Shown here: piece after piece, positions 28,376-39,708 of the stretch
How the letters are laid out: the number at the start of each line of letters is the position of its first letter
Numbering within the stretch: the first letter of the stretch is position 1
NCBI GenBank assembly: GCA_964634875.1
Contig: CAZWKA010000002.1
Coordinates: 79,590 to 143,589 of the forward strand
DNA from: an uncultured Gammaproteobacteria bacterium
GTDB lineage: Bacteria; Patescibacteriota; Patescibacteriia; Magasanikbacterales; GWA2-37-8
DNA length: 64,000 nucleotides
Direction: 5' to 3'
The notes under the pieces: generated by a model
Databases searched by the model: none
Told to the model about the DNA's origin: nothing
What the model saw: the letters and a program-made list of their open reading frames with translations, nothing else
Translations under genes and position numbers: made by a program

Positions 28376-30232
28376 TTAATCCTTAAAAAATTCCTGCTGC
28401 CATAGTTGCCACATGACTATCGCCCAAATACTGTTTAAATTATACCGTTTACCACTGAGATGGTCAGCCCACATTTTTTGGACGCCTTGGCGATTAAAAA
28501 ATGCTTCATCGAGGTTTCCAGGAGCAATAATTTCGGCCACAGTATTTTTGAGGTCACCCCGGAGCCATTTAGCCATAGGTGTAAACCACCCTCGCTTCTC
28601 TTGGTTAAGGATATGCGGAGGAATATAGGGCAAAATCGCTTCGCGCCAAATTGATTTACCTTGAAAATTTTTGGGGCGATTGTTCAAAAGCGAAATTTTC
28701 CACTTTGTTGGGATACGGTAACTAAGTTCGACGAGGCGTCGATCAAGAATAGGTACCCGCTCTTCCAAACCAAAAGCCATCGTCATTTTGTCAGTACGTA
28801 AAAGCGACTCGTCGACCAGCCAGCTTTGGCGATCAATATTCATTGACTGCTTCTCAACATCTGACTGTATCCCAGCTGCAAAAAACTGTTGGTTAAAATA
28901 ATCTTCCATAACTGACCGGTCACCAAACTCAGGATTAAACACCTCGCGCACATGTGCCTCGGACTGGGCTAGAAAGGCCAGAATACGCCTACTACCTGGG
29001 GGCAGGCCGAGCTTAGTAGCCAAGGTGCCTTTCCCCAAGGCTCCCAGAGCACCTTCAGCGGCTCTACGCAGCGTTTTTGGCGACTTTTGGTACTGGGTAA
29101 GAAGATAGCTGTAATAATAGCGTGGATAGCCCCCGAAGAGCTCGTCTGCCCCGTCCCCACCTAAGACAACCGCGACTTGTTTTTTGGCCTCACGGCTCAA
29201 CAGAAAAATTGCGGCGGCGGTCGGGTTAAAGTTGGGCTCGTCTAGATGCCATGCGATCTTGGGCAAATTATCGCGCACATCCTTAGCTGAAATACGGAGT
29301 TCGTGGTGGTCAGTGCCGTACCAACGCGCTGTTTTCCGAGCAAGCTCAAAATCAGCGTTGAATTTTCCATTCTCCGGACCAACATCAAAACCAACAGAAA
29401 AAGTAGCTATTTTGCTGGAAAGATATTTTTTGGCAGCACCGAGCACTGCTGTTGAATCAAGCCCACCACTTAAGAAGATGCCAACCGGACGATCGGAAAT
29501 AAGTTGGCGCCTGACGGCATCATCAAAAAGTGTCTTTACCGAGTCGGTTGCAGTAGTACGCGAAGTGAGATTGGAAAAATCGCTGACCTGCCAATAGCGT
29601 TCGAGTGTCAATGTTCCATTTTTAAATATACCCCGATGCGCTGCTGGAAGTTTATAAATACCGTCAAATAAAGTTAAGGGCTCGGGAACATAGAGGAGGT
29701 TAAAGAAAAAATGGGCAGCGCGGTGACTGACCTTACGTTCAATGCCATGAGCTAAAAGCCCTTTTATTTCCGAAGAAAAAATCAGCTGCCCGCGGTGCTC
29801 GACATAATAAAAAGGCTTAATTCCCAGCTGATCACGGGCAATAAATAATTCTTGCCCTGCTGCATCCCAGATCGCAAAGGCAAAAATACCATTTAATTTT
29901 TCAACACACGCCGAACCATATTCTTGATAGGCATACAAAATGACTTCGGTATCACTTTCCGAAAAAAAAGTATATTTTTTTTCAAGCTCCTTTTTTAATT
30001 CCTGAAAATTATAAATTTCACCATTAAACACGATTGAATAGCGTCCGGAGCGGTCGTGCATGGGTTGCGCTGCATGCTCGGACAGGTCAATAATAGCAAG
30101 ACGGTTATGGCCAAATGAAATATTTTCGCCGCACCAAAAATCCGTGGCATCAGGGCCGCGGTGGCGAGTAACTTGGTTCATTTTCTTAACCAAATCCGGA
30201 TTGTGGAAAGTAAAACCGTTAATGCCGCACAT
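28376..30232 (-). CDS. asnB: Asparagine synthase (glutamine-hydrolysing)-like amidotransferase, probably glycan amidation
   Basis: MCGI N-terminus, HRGPD, NGEIYN, LSGGLDS, GDGADELFGGY. Confidence 0.92.
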   Translation of the reverse strand: MCGINGFTFHNPDLVKKMNQVTRHRGPDATDFWCGENISFGHNRLAIIDLSEHAAQPMHDRSGRYSIVFNGEIYNFQELKKELEKKYTFFSESDTEVILYAYQEYGSACVEKLNGIFAFAIWDAAGQELFIARDQLGIKPFYYVEHRGQLIFSSEIKGLLAHGIERKVSHRAAHFFFNLLYVPEPLTLFDGIYKLPAAHRGIFKNGTLTLERYWQVSDFSNLTSRTTATDSVKTLFDDAVRRQLISDRPVGIFLSGGLDSTAVLGAAKKYLSSKIATFSVGFDVGPENGKFNADFELARKTARWYGTDHHELRISAKDVRDNLPKIAWHLDEPNFNPTAAAIFLLSREAKKQVAVVLGGDGADELFGGYPRYYYSYLLTQYQKSPKTLRRAAEGALGALGKGTLATKLGLPPGSRRILAFLAQSEAHVREVFNPEFGDRSVMEDYFNQQFFAAGIQSDVEKQSMNIDRQSWLVDESLLRTDKMTMAFGLEERVPILDRRLVELSYRIPTKWKISLLNNRPKNFQGKSIWREAILPYIPPHILNQEKRGWFTPMAKWLRGDLKNTVAEIIAPGNLDEAFFNRQGVQKMWADHLSGKRYNLNSIWAIVMWQLWQQEFFKD

Positions 30233-30950
30233 AAAAATTTTGCCAAATCTTTAGCCGTATTTTAAGTATATCGACGAGCATCAAAAACGTATCCGTAACG
30301 ATGCGCACACTACTCTCTTTACGATGGTTTAGTACAACCGGAAAATCGCGCAAGGCTAGCTTATTCTGCCGAGCGATTACGAAAAGCTCAATATCAAAAG
30401 CGAAGCGGTCGATAGTTGAATACTTAAGAACCAACTCTACTAAAGGACGAGTGAGGAACTTGATACCGCATTGTGTGTCTTTAATCCCTCCCACCACAGC
30501 TTGCCGGACAACGGTTGAAAAAAAAGATCGGCCAAACTGTCGCAAAAGGCCATAACCGTGCTCAGCAAAAGATTTTGGATTGGTTCGGGAGCCATAGAAG
30601 CAGGAAACTATTGGATCAGCCTTTGAAGCAGCAAGCAGCTCGCCAAAAATAGCTACACCATACGGCAGGTCAGCATCGGTAAATATAACTGCATCGCCGG
30701 TGCTTGCCCGCAGCCCTTCGCGTATTGCGGCTCCTTTGCCTTGATTGGCTTCAAAGTTGATCACGCGGCACAGTGCTTGCTCCTGCCAGACGAGCAAATG
30801 TTCTCGCGTAGCATCAGTACTACCATCATTAACCACAACAACTTCCACAGCTACGGAGGCCTGCTTAACCCAATCAAAAATGCGTCCCAAAGATTGGTCG
30901 ATGAAAGCGGCTCCGTTGAAAATAGGGATAATGATAGAAAGCTCAGCCAT
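30219..30950 (-). CDS. GT2, dolichyl-phosphate glycosyltransferase-like
   Basis: VNDGSTD, NQGKGAA, FTDADL, DTQCGIK, FAFDIE. Confidence 0.88.
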   Translation of the reverse strand: MAELSIIIPIFNGAAFIDQSLGRIFDWVKQASVAVEVVVVNDGSTDATREHLLVWQEQALCRVINFEANQGKGAAIREGLRASTGDAVIFTDADLPYGVAIFGELLAASKADPIVSCFYGSRTNPKSFAEHGYGLLRQFGRSFFSTVVRQAVVGGIKDTQCGIKFLTRPLVELVLKYSTIDRFAFDIELFVIARQNKLALRDFPVVLNHRKESSVRIVTDTFLMLVDILKIRLKIWQNFYVRH

Positions 30951-30952
30951 AC

Positions 30953-32407
30953 TTATTTTTTCTTGAACAAACTATACGCATCTTCTCCAGCGATTTTCAC
31001 ATACTGCTGAGCTAAGACAGTTTCGATATTTTCAAGAGCAGTATCTGCTGTCGAGCCGCTGGTAATTATAAAATCATACGCTAGTCCACGGTTATCTTCA
31101 AGCTGAGCGCGTCCAAAAAACAAGGCCGGATTAATTTGTAGAAATTGGTAAACAGGTCGGTCGCTTAGTAGAAAACTTATGCTAGGAGTATTGATTGTTA
31201 AAATAGTTGCGTTTTCGGGTACTTGTGCTTCAACCAGGTGTGCAAAGCTGGTAGGTGCAGGGGCATAGTATAAAGGATCATCTACTTTAGTTGCCGCATG
31301 TCCAGCCTGAACCACAATAAGGCTACTAAGAAAAATAAAGGCCATTGTCCTAAAACGAGCCTGTATTAGAGCAGCTGGAACGACTAAAAATAAAAGCACG
31401 TGAGCCGGAAAAAAATAACGATACCACCCTGGAGTCTTCAGATACCACCCGAGCGTTACGACAATAAAAAAGATGATAGCCAATTCAATTTCGGTACCTC
31501 TTTTTTGAATAAGTCGTTGGTAAATAAAAACACTGGCTACCAAAAATAAAATCAAAAAATGTACTGGCGTTGATTCAGTAATAAAACGTAAGGCGTTTGA
31601 GGCGACTTGAGCAAGCGGGTTTGGCGCAGCATAGGAGTTAGCATAAAAACCAACAGTTGTACGCAAAGAGCCTAAGGAAAACGACTGTAGAATTGAATAC
31701 AACCACCCTACGAACGGCGGTGCTAAGCCTAGTGCGATAAACAGAACCCGAAAAAACAAAACTTTTTTTTCCTTCCAAAAAAACACTATTTCACTGAGGC
31801 CAACCGCCCCAAGAGCAACCAGATAAAAAGGCTTGGTAGCAACCGACAACCCAAGCAACAGTCCAACCAAAAAAAGTCGGCGGGGTTTTGCTGTTTGGGG
31901 CAAGACAAGTAGGGCAGCAAGAAAAAATACTAACCCTGGCACTTCACCCAAGACAGCTTTGCCATTAGCGTAGAATGGTGCAAAAGTAACGATGAGCGCG
32001 ACCGTGCCAAGGGCGGCCCATTTATTCTGATAAACCTTTTTAACCAACGTAAAAGCAAGAAGGCTAAAAAGGCCTAAATAGATGATTTGAGGCAATCGCG
32101 CCACAGCTAAACTGGCACCACCTAATTTAATAAACAGGGCAACCGGTAAAAGAACCGGATAGTTGGTGGTGATAAGAAATGAACGCTGCTCCACATGTTG
32201 ACCCGGTGCAACTGGCAAGCTATACACCCTCTCGGTCACTAAGCTTTTGGCAATTCCCATATTAATCCCTTCGTCGAACCAGGTTGCCGGGCTTGCAGCG
32301 ATCTTCCAAAAAGAAACAAGTAAAAAAATACAAACAACAAGAATGGCCGAACCCTTAAAAATAGTTTGTTCACGGCGTAAAAAAAATTGTTGTATCTTTT
32401 CAAACAT
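30953..32407 (-). CDS. ArnT/PMT-like GT-C glycosyltransferase
   Basis: WFDEG first-loop motif, multiple TM, ATKP, RYFFP. Confidence 0.75.
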   Translation of the reverse strand: MFEKIQQFFLRREQTIFKGSAILVVCIFLLVSFWKIAASPATWFDEGINMGIAKSLVTERVYSLPVAPGQHVEQRSFLITTNYPVLLPVALFIKLGGASLAVARLPQIIYLGLFSLLAFTLVKKVYQNKWAALGTVALIVTFAPFYANGKAVLGEVPGLVFFLAALLVLPQTAKPRRLFLVGLLLGLSVATKPFYLVALGAVGLSEIVFFWKEKKVLFFRVLFIALGLAPPFVGWLYSILQSFSLGSLRTTVGFYANSYAAPNPLAQVASNALRFITESTPVHFLILFLVASVFIYQRLIQKRGTEIELAIIFFIVVTLGWYLKTPGWYRYFFPAHVLLFLVVPAALIQARFRTMAFIFLSSLIVVQAGHAATKVDDPLYYAPAPTSFAHLVEAQVPENATILTINTPSISFLLSDRPVYQFLQINPALFFGRAQLEDNRGLAYDFIITSGSTADTALENIETVLAQQYVKIAGEDAYSLFKKK

Positions 32408-32409
32408 AC

Positions 32410-33762
32410 TTAGAGACCCAATACCTTTAAATGACTAACAATTACTGACCAAAAAGCAAAAACATCTATGATAGATACAACTGTCAAGAAACCACTAACT
32501 ACGAGCACGATTCGGCGCTGTTCTGACCAGATTTTTTTCCTGTTAACAACTATATAAGCCGCAAAAATGGCGAGCAAGGGATAAATTTGGAAACGATAGC
32601 GTGACTGTACCACCGTTGGTAATAGTACAATAATCGAACTGAACGCCATGACGGCAAGGTAGCGATGTTGCCGAGTACCCACTCGCCATAGTACAGGCAA
32701 GCCGATAAAACCGAACATAAACAGAAAGGCAATCGCGACACCAGACAGTGCCACAAAAATAGCTTGTGATAGGCCTTGCTGATAGAACCAAAAGCCCATA
32801 GGCCGTATCAGGCTGAAATAACGTATTGTACGGATAAGGCTGAGCTTAATAAACGAAAGCGGATGTTCGAGTAAAAAACTTTTAAATTCCTGGTTTGCTT
32901 TTTGCTTAAAATTGAGGAAACCATTGGCTTCGCTATAGGTGGTTACCGGATTAAAACCACCAGAAATTTGGCCACCATTACTTTGAAGCGTGTTACCAAT
33001 CCAAATATTGTATCCTCCTACCAAAGTTGTCGGAATAAAGGTTTTAAAATGATGGTAATTTCGGAGCGTCCACGGAGCAAGCACTGCTCCGAGTACGCAA
33101 ATAAAAACAGCTGCAGAAAAAAAGTTTTTTCTGAGCGCGTAGGCAACCAGAATAATAGGGACAAATAAAAATACCGGCGGACGGCTTAAGATCGCCAAAC
33201 CCGCAACAAACCCCAGCCCCCCTGCCCATCGCCAACTACCCGGCAGCTCATAGGCACGCACAAAAAACCAAATAGTCAGCGTCGTCAAAAAAAGATACAG
33301 CGTTTCTGTAAGAAGCATGGCCGAAGCTTCGATAAGATCTGGATGAAAACCAATACTAGCCGCAGCAACCAGGCCAATTACTATTCCTCCCTCAGAAAAA
33401 AGACGTCGGCCAATTAAAAAAACTAAACCCGCTGTGGCAGCATGCAGGATCGCTTGCACAACCCACACCGCAGCATACGAATGTCCAAAAAGAGCGTACA
33501 CACCGGCTAAAAAAAATTCGTACCCCGGACCTGCGCGGATGATGGCTGTATCAAAGACAAAACTTTGCTCACACACCTCCTTAAAACCACACCCACTGAG
33601 CAGGTTCAGCGCAATAGCATCATAGGCCTGAGCATCAACCAAAGGTTGGATACGGTAGATAAAAGCGTAGGCTAAAGTAGCGACCAAGGAGCAAAAAATA
33701 ATACCCCAGAGTACTCGTTCAGGCACCTGGTTAACGACTTTTTTTAAGCTGCTCAAATTCAT
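32410..33762 (-). CDS. ArnT/PMT-like GT-C glycosyltransferase
   Basis: DAQAYD, PGYEFFLA, LLTETL, PWTLRN, RYRF. Confidence 0.75.
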   Translation of the reverse strand: MNLSSLKKVVNQVPERVLWGIIFCSLVATLAYAFIYRIQPLVDAQAYDAIALNLLSGCGFKEVCEQSFVFDTAIIRAGPGYEFFLAGVYALFGHSYAAVWVVQAILHAATAGLVFLIGRRLFSEGGIVIGLVAAASIGFHPDLIEASAMLLTETLYLFLTTLTIWFFVRAYELPGSWRWAGGLGFVAGLAILSRPPVFLFVPIILVAYALRKNFFSAAVFICVLGAVLAPWTLRNYHHFKTFIPTTLVGGYNIWIGNTLQSNGGQISGGFNPVTTYSEANGFLNFKQKANQEFKSFLLEHPLSFIKLSLIRTIRYFSLIRPMGFWFYQQGLSQAIFVALSGVAIAFLFMFGFIGLPVLWRVGTRQHRYLAVMAFSSIIVLLPTVVQSRYRFQIYPLLAIFAAYIVVNRKKIWSEQRRIVLVVSGFLTVVSIIDVFAFWSVIVSHLKVLGL

Positions 33763-34708
33763 AGGTAATCATCATCTCAACGAGTTCCTTAAACGAAGTA
33801 CGCGGCATCCAGCCCATTTTTTTAATTGCTTGGTTTGAACCTTTCATTTCTTTGATCTCGTCTTTTCTGATAAATTCCTTCTTTTGGATTATTCTATTTT
33901 TCCACACTTTTACACCAGCAACTCGAAAGGCTTCAGCGGCGAAATCCGCAAGTGAGCGGGTGATGCCGGTGCAGATAACTGCGTCCGTTGGTTTTTGCTG
34001 CTGGAGCATCAACCACATTGCTTCAACATAATCGCCAGCAAAACCCCAGTCCCGCCGTACCGACAAATCCCCCACTTCGATTCTGGCTGCCTCACCCATG
34101 GCAATAGCTACGACCCCCTGGCAAATTTTTTTAGTAACAAAATTCGCCTGACGCAGCGGCGATTCATGGTTGAATAAAATACCATTTACTGCATACGTCC
34201 CATAGTGTTCGCGAGCAATATGCACACCCCAATGCGCTGCGGCTTTAGACAGGGCATAGGGGTTGGGCGGCTCAAAACGATACGAACGCTCGGTAATACT
34301 TTTTTCACTATTACCATACATTTGGGCGCTTGAAGGATTGAAAAAGCGGGTTGCCGGACTTAATAGTCGAATATTTTCCAAAATAGCCATCGTGGCATTG
34401 AAATTAGTCGTCAGTGTCTCGGCGGGTGCTTCCCACGACTGAGTAACGCTTGATTGTCCGGCAAAATTGTACCATTCCCGGGGCTGGTATGTACGTAAAA
34501 TTTTAGCAATTTTTTTCTGGTCATCAATCGAACCCTTTACCAGAATCACATCCGATAAAACATCCAGGTACAGCAGGCGCTCTAAACTTTTTTTGGTGGT
34601 GGAACGAGCCAAACCAACAACCGAATACCCTTTTGCAACCAAAAAACGAGCAAGATACGCCCCATCTTGTCCGTCAATACCGGTGATAACGGCAACATTT
34701 TTGGCCAT
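33731..34708 (-). CDS. GDP-mannose 4,6-dehydratase-like SDR (divergent paralogue)
   Basis: [25 protein letters not shown]; catalytic Glu position reads Gln (SSAQ). Confidence 0.78.
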   Translation of the reverse strand: MAKNVAVITGIDGQDGAYLARFLVAKGYSVVGLARSTTKKSLERLLYLDVLSDVILVKGSIDDQKKIAKILRTYQPREWYNFAGQSSVTQSWEAPAETLTTNFNATMAILENIRLLSPATRFFNPSSAQMYGNSEKSITERSYRFEPPNPYALSKAAAHWGVHIAREHYGTYAVNGILFNHESPLRQANFVTKKICQGVVAIAMGEAARIEVGDLSVRRDWGFAGDYVEAMWLMLQQQKPTDAVICTGITRSLADFAAEAFRVAGVKVWKNRIIQKKEFIRKDEIKEMKGSNQAIKKMGWMPRTSFKELVEMMITYEFEQLKKSR

Positions 34709-34731
34709 AGATACTTGCGAAATCTTATAAC

Positions 34732-35724
34732 TTAAAGGGTGATACCCACCTCAGCACAGTCATTTATTACCATAATTTTTACTAATTCTTTAAAGCTCGT
34801 TGTAGGTTGCCAGCCTAATTTTTGGCGGGCTTTAGTAGCGTCACCGAGCAGGCGGTCAACTTCCGTTGGACGGAAATATTTTGCGTCTACGACAACATGG
34901 TCTTCCCAGTTCAGTCCTGCAATTGCAAATGCTTCACGACAGAATTCACGGACAGTATGCGTTTCACCCGTGGCGATAACATAGTCATCCGGGGCCGACT
35001 GCTGGAGCATGAGCCACATTGCTTCAACATAATCTTTAGCGTAACCCCAGTCACGCTCAGCATCTAGATTTCCTAAGTAGAGCTTGTCAGTTTTTTTAAC
35101 CAGGATATCGGCAATGCCTTTGGTAATTTTACGGGTAACAAAGTTTTCCCCGCGGCGAGGCGATTCGTGGTTGAACAAAATACCATTGCAGGCAAAGAGG
35201 CCATAGCTTTCACGGTAATTTACCGTAGAATAGTGGGCAAAAACTTTGGCGGTTGCATAGGGGCTGCGCGGATAGAACGGGGTTGTTTCACGCTGCGGTG
35301 TTTCGAGGACTTTGCCGAACATTTCGCTACTTGAGGCCTGGTAAAATTTAGTCTTTGCCCCATGGTCCCGAAGCCATTCTAAGATACGCACCGCACCAAC
35401 ACCAGCAACGTCAGCGGTATATTCTGGGACGTCAAAACTAATTTTGACGTGGCTTTGGGCAGCCAGGTTGTAAATTTCATCAGGCTGAATCTTGCTGAGC
35501 AAGCGCGCAAGACTGCTGCCATCGGTCATATCGCTGTAATGCAAAAACAAATCACGATCACGGTGTTCGGCGTAGACGTGCTCCAAACGCTCACGGAAAA
35601 CGTTGCTTGAGCGGCGCACAAGACCATGCACTTCGTAGCCTTTAGAAAGCAGTAATTCAGTAAGATAACTCCCATCCTGGCCAGTGATACCCGTAATTAA
35701 AGCCTTTTTCTTCGGTTCGGTCAT
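34732..35724 (-). CDS. gmd: GDP-mannose 4,6-dehydratase
   Basis: [37 protein letters not shown]. Confidence 0.95.
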   Translation of the reverse strand: MTEPKKKALITGITGQDGSYLTELLLSKGYEVHGLVRRSSNVFRERLEHVYAEHRDRDLFLHYSDMTDGSSLARLLSKIQPDEIYNLAAQSHVKISFDVPEYTADVAGVGAVRILEWLRDHGAKTKFYQASSSEMFGKVLETPQRETTPFYPRSPYATAKVFAHYSTVNYRESYGLFACNGILFNHESPRRGENFVTRKITKGIADILVKKTDKLYLGNLDAERDWGYAKDYVEAMWLMLQQSAPDDYVIATGETHTVREFCREAFAIAGLNWEDHVVVDAKYFRPTEVDRLLGDATKARQKLGWQPTTSFKELVKIMVINDCAEVGITL

Positions 35725-35725
35725 A

Positions 35726-36424
35726 TTAGTCTAAAACATTAAATTTAAAGATAGACCAGATCGCGCTGACGCCATCTTTCCACCCAATTTTCTTACCCTC
35801 AGCATACGTACGGCCATAGTAGGAAATTCCTACCTCATACAAACGTAATTTAGCTTGGGCGACCCGGGCCGCAATTTCCGGTTCAATATTAAAACGGTTG
35901 GCAGTAAGTTTGGGTAAAATTTGTGCCAAAGCAGCTTTGGTGAACATTTTATAACAAGTTTCCATGTCCGTGAGGTTGAGGTCAGTAAAGACATTGGAGA
36001 AAAAGGTCAATATTCTATTGCCGATCGAATGCCAAAAAAATAAAATGCGGTGAGGGTTGCCACCCATGAAACGCGAACCAAAGACAACATCAGCCCGGCC
36101 CGTTACCAGCGGCGCCAAGAGCAGGCGGTATTCTTCCGGGTCATACTCAAGATCAGCGTCCTGGATAACGATATAGTCCCCAGTTGCCAAGGCCATGCCT
36201 TGGCGGATCGCCGCGCCCTTGCCTTTGTTTTCAGGTTGTAAATGAATTTTATAATCTAACCTCGTGAATGTCGCCAAAAGGTCGCGGGTTCCGTCTTTTG
36301 ACCCATCATCAACGATCACAATCTCTTTTTCGCAGTTAGGGAGAGTAACCCGATCGATTGCTTCCAAAATTTCGTGGATGGTTTTTACTTCGTTGTACAC
36401 GGGCATGACGATAGACAGCTTCAT
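35726..36424 (-). CDS. GT2, polyprenol-phosphate mannosyltransferase-like
   Basis: [34 protein letters not shown]. Confidence 0.9.
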   Translation of the reverse strand: MKLSIVMPVYNEVKTIHEILEAIDRVTLPNCEKEIVIVDDGSKDGTRDLLATFTRLDYKIHLQPENKGKGAAIRQGMALATGDYIVIQDADLEYDPEEYRLLLAPLVTGRADVVFGSRFMGGNPHRILFFWHSIGNRILTFFSNVFTDLNLTDMETCYKMFTKAALAQILPKLTANRFNIEPEIAARVAQAKLRLYEVGISYYGRTYAEGKKIGWKDGVSAIWSIFKFNVLD

Positions 36425-37491
36425 ATACTTGTCGCAGCTATAAAGTAAGTAACAATACGGTCAATTAATACCGTTAAATTGTGGTTTTTAATTACATACT
36501 CCCGTCCTTTTTGGTTTGGGGTAAGTATACCAGAGTGGCAGATTTTTTCAATAACTTCAGCCAAGTTCGACGATTCCCCTTCCTGAAACGTCATAACAAT
36601 CCCTTCGTTTGTCAGCGGAAGAAAAGCCTCGTTTGAGGTAACTACGGGTAGACGGGCAGCGAGCGCTTCGAGCACTGCTTTATCGACACTCCCTGTCCGA
36701 CTAGCATTAATGAAGACACTTTGCTGCGCAAGCACTTCGCGAAGGTCGGTATTAGTCATTTTACCGGTAAAGATAACGTTTGTACCGAGATCTAATTCTT
36801 GCACAAGCGTCTGTATTTTTTGAAAGTACAGCTGGTCGTCAGATCGTATCGGCTCCCCAACAACAGTGAGCAGTATTTCGCTTTCAGGCAACAAAACTTT
36901 TAGCCGCACAACTGAACGGATAATTGTTTCCAAATCTTTTGATTCGGTAATCCTTCCGGTAGTTATAAGTTTTAAAGGATTACATGACAGTTTCGGTACC
37001 GCGGTAAAAAGCTCAACCGGGATTCCATGACCCACATATTCAACTTTATGACTCGGCAAACGAAAACTCTCTGGTGATGTGGTGAAAATATTGTTTACCA
37101 GCTTCTCGGCCAACCTAAGGGTGGCGCTGACAGACCGGTGCACATACCAAAGTAGAATTGGTTTTTTCCACGATTTCCAAAAAAGCGCGCCCAAAATTAC
37201 ATATATTTGATTCATATGTACCCACACTCCATCATACTGCCCGCGACGAGAAATAATATAACGATAAAAATTAACGATATACTTACTACGGGACGCACCG
37301 ACCTCTTTACCAAGTGATAAAACCTCCACATTTGCAGGCAAATCACACGACCCCTTCTCTAAACAAATGACAGTTAATTTCTTAACTTGTAATGATAAAC
37401 GAAGCAACCATTCGTGAAATGATCCGAGATTACTATCGTTTCGGTCAACTTTTTGAGTGATGACCAGCAAGGAAAGTGTTGGGTCAATCAT
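36421..37491 (-). CDS. GT4 glycosyltransferase
   Basis: ITQKVD, GHGIP, GRITESK, GSVDKAVLEALA. Confidence 0.87.
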   Translation of the reverse strand: MIDPTLSLLVITQKVDRNDSNLGSFHEWLLRLSLQVKKLTVICLEKGSCDLPANVEVLSLGKEVGASRSKYIVNFYRYIISRRGQYDGVWVHMNQIYVILGALFWKSWKKPILLWYVHRSVSATLRLAEKLVNNIFTTSPESFRLPSHKVEYVGHGIPVELFTAVPKLSCNPLKLITTGRITESKDLETIIRSVVRLKVLLPESEILLTVVGEPIRSDDQLYFQKIQTLVQELDLGTNVIFTGKMTNTDLREVLAQQSVFINASRTGSVDKAVLEALAARLPVVTSNEAFLPLTNEGIVMTFQEGESSNLAEVIEKICHSGILTPNQKGREYVIKNHNLTVLIDRIVTYFIAATSI

Positions 37492-37502
37492 AGGAGTACG
37501 TG

Positions 37503-38711
37503 TTAAACGATATTCGAGAAACAATTCCGAAGCACCCGGTCAATAACGTCTTGACCAAAAAATAACCCGCTCTTACGCTGAGCATTCTGCGACAGCTGAA
37601 GGCGACACGCCGGATCAATTAAAGTTCCTAAGGCATCAACATACTCGGCTGCAGTGCCCCCCACCAGAACATCTTCGCCGGGCACAAAAGCATACCCTGC
37701 CAAACCTCGCAGGTTCGTAACTGTTGGAAAGCCACGGGCAAGCGGTTCAAAGATCTTTTGTTGCATGCCTGAACCAAAAAAAGAAGGTGCAATAGCAATA
37801 TCCATTTCCTGCATAGCACTATCGAGATCATCAACAAAACCGCGTTTAATTACATTTGCAGGAATACTTTTTTCAAGATCAAGCGGAAATTTGCTGCCAA
37901 AAATATGAATTTTAAATTTCCCAGGAAACTGTTTTTCCAAAAGCGGCGCTAGTTCGAGCACAAACTCCAGCGCTCGACGATTGTGAGCCACCGTAAACGT
38001 AGAACCGGTAAAAAAAATATTGAGCGGCGCTGAGTGTTCACGCACGGCGTGCGTGCCCAGTTTTTTGTAGAGCGACCGGAGCGGTAAGGTTTGTACTTTT
38101 TTAGCGTGCACAGCACGGTATTGATCTTCTTCGGCCGGAGTAATCGAAAACAACACATCTGCTTTGCGGGCAGTAACATGTTCAGTCAAAAATTTGGGTA
38201 ACGACCGCAAGTATGTGCTTAGGGAGCGCCCATCTTCATCAAGAAAATGTCTGGCCTCAAAATTAATCGAGCGGACGAGGATGGGAATATGTTTTTCTTT
38301 GGCCAAATGATAGAGCGGCCAAAGATAGGTGTAATCAAACCACACTGCCGCCGGGTTGAGCTCGAAGATTTTACTCCGGACTGCATTTTGTATTTCCGGA
38401 TCATTAAATTCCCCAGCGGCACCATCCCAGGAACGGGGTGAAACAAGCCGTCTCAAAAATTCACCCATAGTATGCGGGTGCTTTTTGTATGGGATAAGCA
38501 TGACATCGACACCTTCTTTAGCCCAAGCAGTCTTAATTTCGACAGCGGACTGCCAATCAAAATACTTGGCAACCACGCTTACCTGGTACCCGAGGCGCTG
38601 CAGTTGGCGGATGCCGTCAGCCCGATCTTGTTCACAAGCTCCGGCTTCAGGATACGGAAAACGCGGCGTAACGACAAGGATATTTTTTGATTGTTCTTTA
38701 AGCTCAATCAT
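37503..38711 (-). CDS. GT4 glycosyltransferase
   Basis: PRFPYP, GFVDDL, GSGMQQKIFEPLARG. Confidence 0.82.
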   Translation of the reverse strand: MIELKEQSKNILVVTPRFPYPEAGACEQDRADGIRQLQRLGYQVSVVAKYFDWQSAVEIKTAWAKEGVDVMLIPYKKHPHTMGEFLRRLVSPRSWDGAAGEFNDPEIQNAVRSKIFELNPAAVWFDYTYLWPLYHLAKEKHIPILVRSINFEARHFLDEDGRSLSTYLRSLPKFLTEHVTARKADVLFSITPAEEDQYRAVHAKKVQTLPLRSLYKKLGTHAVREHSAPLNIFFTGSTFTVAHNRRALEFVLELAPLLEKQFPGKFKIHIFGSKFPLDLEKSIPANVIKRGFVDDLDSAMQEMDIAIAPSFFGSGMQQKIFEPLARGFPTVTNLRGLAGYAFVPGEDVLVGGTAAEYVDALGTLIDPACRLQLSQNAQRKSGLFFGQDVIDRVLRNCFSNIV

Positions 38712-38715
38712 AACT

Positions 38716-39708
38716 TTAAATAGCGAGCATGGCTTTTTTAAAGCCATCAACATCGTTCACCGGCAGAATAGTTACTTTTTCACTTGGTTGCAGCTCATAA
38801 TTAGCGACGCCAACATCGGACATAATTACCGGCGTACCAAGTGCAGCAGCTTCCATCGGAACCAGGCCATAGCCTTCACTCAAGCTAGGGAATACTACAG
38901 CATCGGCCGTTTTAAGATACTGAGCTGGATTAGCTATAAACGGCTCCATAAAAACATTTTTTTGAAGTTGAAGCCGACTAATGTCGGCAAGTAGGCGTTT
39001 TTTTTGGGGACCATCACCAACAATCACAAGCGCAGCTTTCGGCTGTGATTCTAGAACTTGTTTAAAAACTACAAGCAACCAGGGAATATTTTTAACCGGA
39101 TCAAGACGGTTAAGTGCTAAAAATATTTTTTCAAAACCCGGGTATCGTTCTTGTAAACCACCAGTCATACCGTCTCTAGTAAGACGTTCGACATCAAGCG
39201 CAACAGGACGGATAACAATTTTTTCTTCTGGAACTCCCAATGGTATTAAACTCTTTTTAATTCGCTGACCCACAACACGGATTCGATCCGCCCGGCGTAC
39301 AATGTACTTTCCCAAATAATACTGCAAACGATTTTTTAGTCCGTTGGTACGATAATATTTGCTACCATAAAAATCCCCGTGCATTTGAATTTCGAGCCGC
39401 AATTTGAATTGTTTTTTAAGCCCTAAACCAACCAGACCAATAAAAAATGGATCCTGGGCGCTGATAATATCTACCTTATACTCTTTGAGCGTCTGCTCAC
39501 CAACTCCATACAAACGCCAGAGCTGACTGATTTTATTACTCCCCCCCGAACCCTTGATTGTAACCGTCGGACTCAAACTAATAATTTCCTTTTTAAAATA
39601 AGGGGCAATAATATATAAAACTTTTTTTTCACCATACTGAATCATCCGGCGCGCCACAGCAGACGACGGATTGAAAATTTTATTGTCGAGACTGATCATT
39701 AATTGCAT
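38716..39708 (-). CDS. GT4 glycosyltransferase
   Basis: QDPF, RLDPVKN, SEGYGLVPMEAAALG. Confidence 0.88.
   Translation of the reverse strand: MQLMISLDNKIFNPSSAVARRMIQYGEKKVLYIIAPYFKKEIISLSPTVTIKGSGGSNKISQLWRLYGVGEQTLKEYKVDIISAQDPFFIGLVGLGLKKQFKLRLEIQMHGDFYGSKYYRTNGLKNRLQYYLGKYIVRRADRIRVVGQRIKKSLIPLGVPEEKIVIRPVALDVERLTRDGMTGGLQERYPGFEKIFLALNRLDPVKNIPWLLVVFKQVLESQPKAALVIVGDGPQKKRLLADISRLQLQKNVFMEPFIANPAQYLKTADAVVFPSLSEGYGLVPMEAAALGTPVIMSDVGVANYELQPSEKVTILPVNDVDGFKKAMLAI

Noticed and set aside
28376-30232. asnB as housekeeping asparagine synthesis
   Set aside because: Embedded among glycosyltransferases; such copies usually amidate glycans, though this is not proven here
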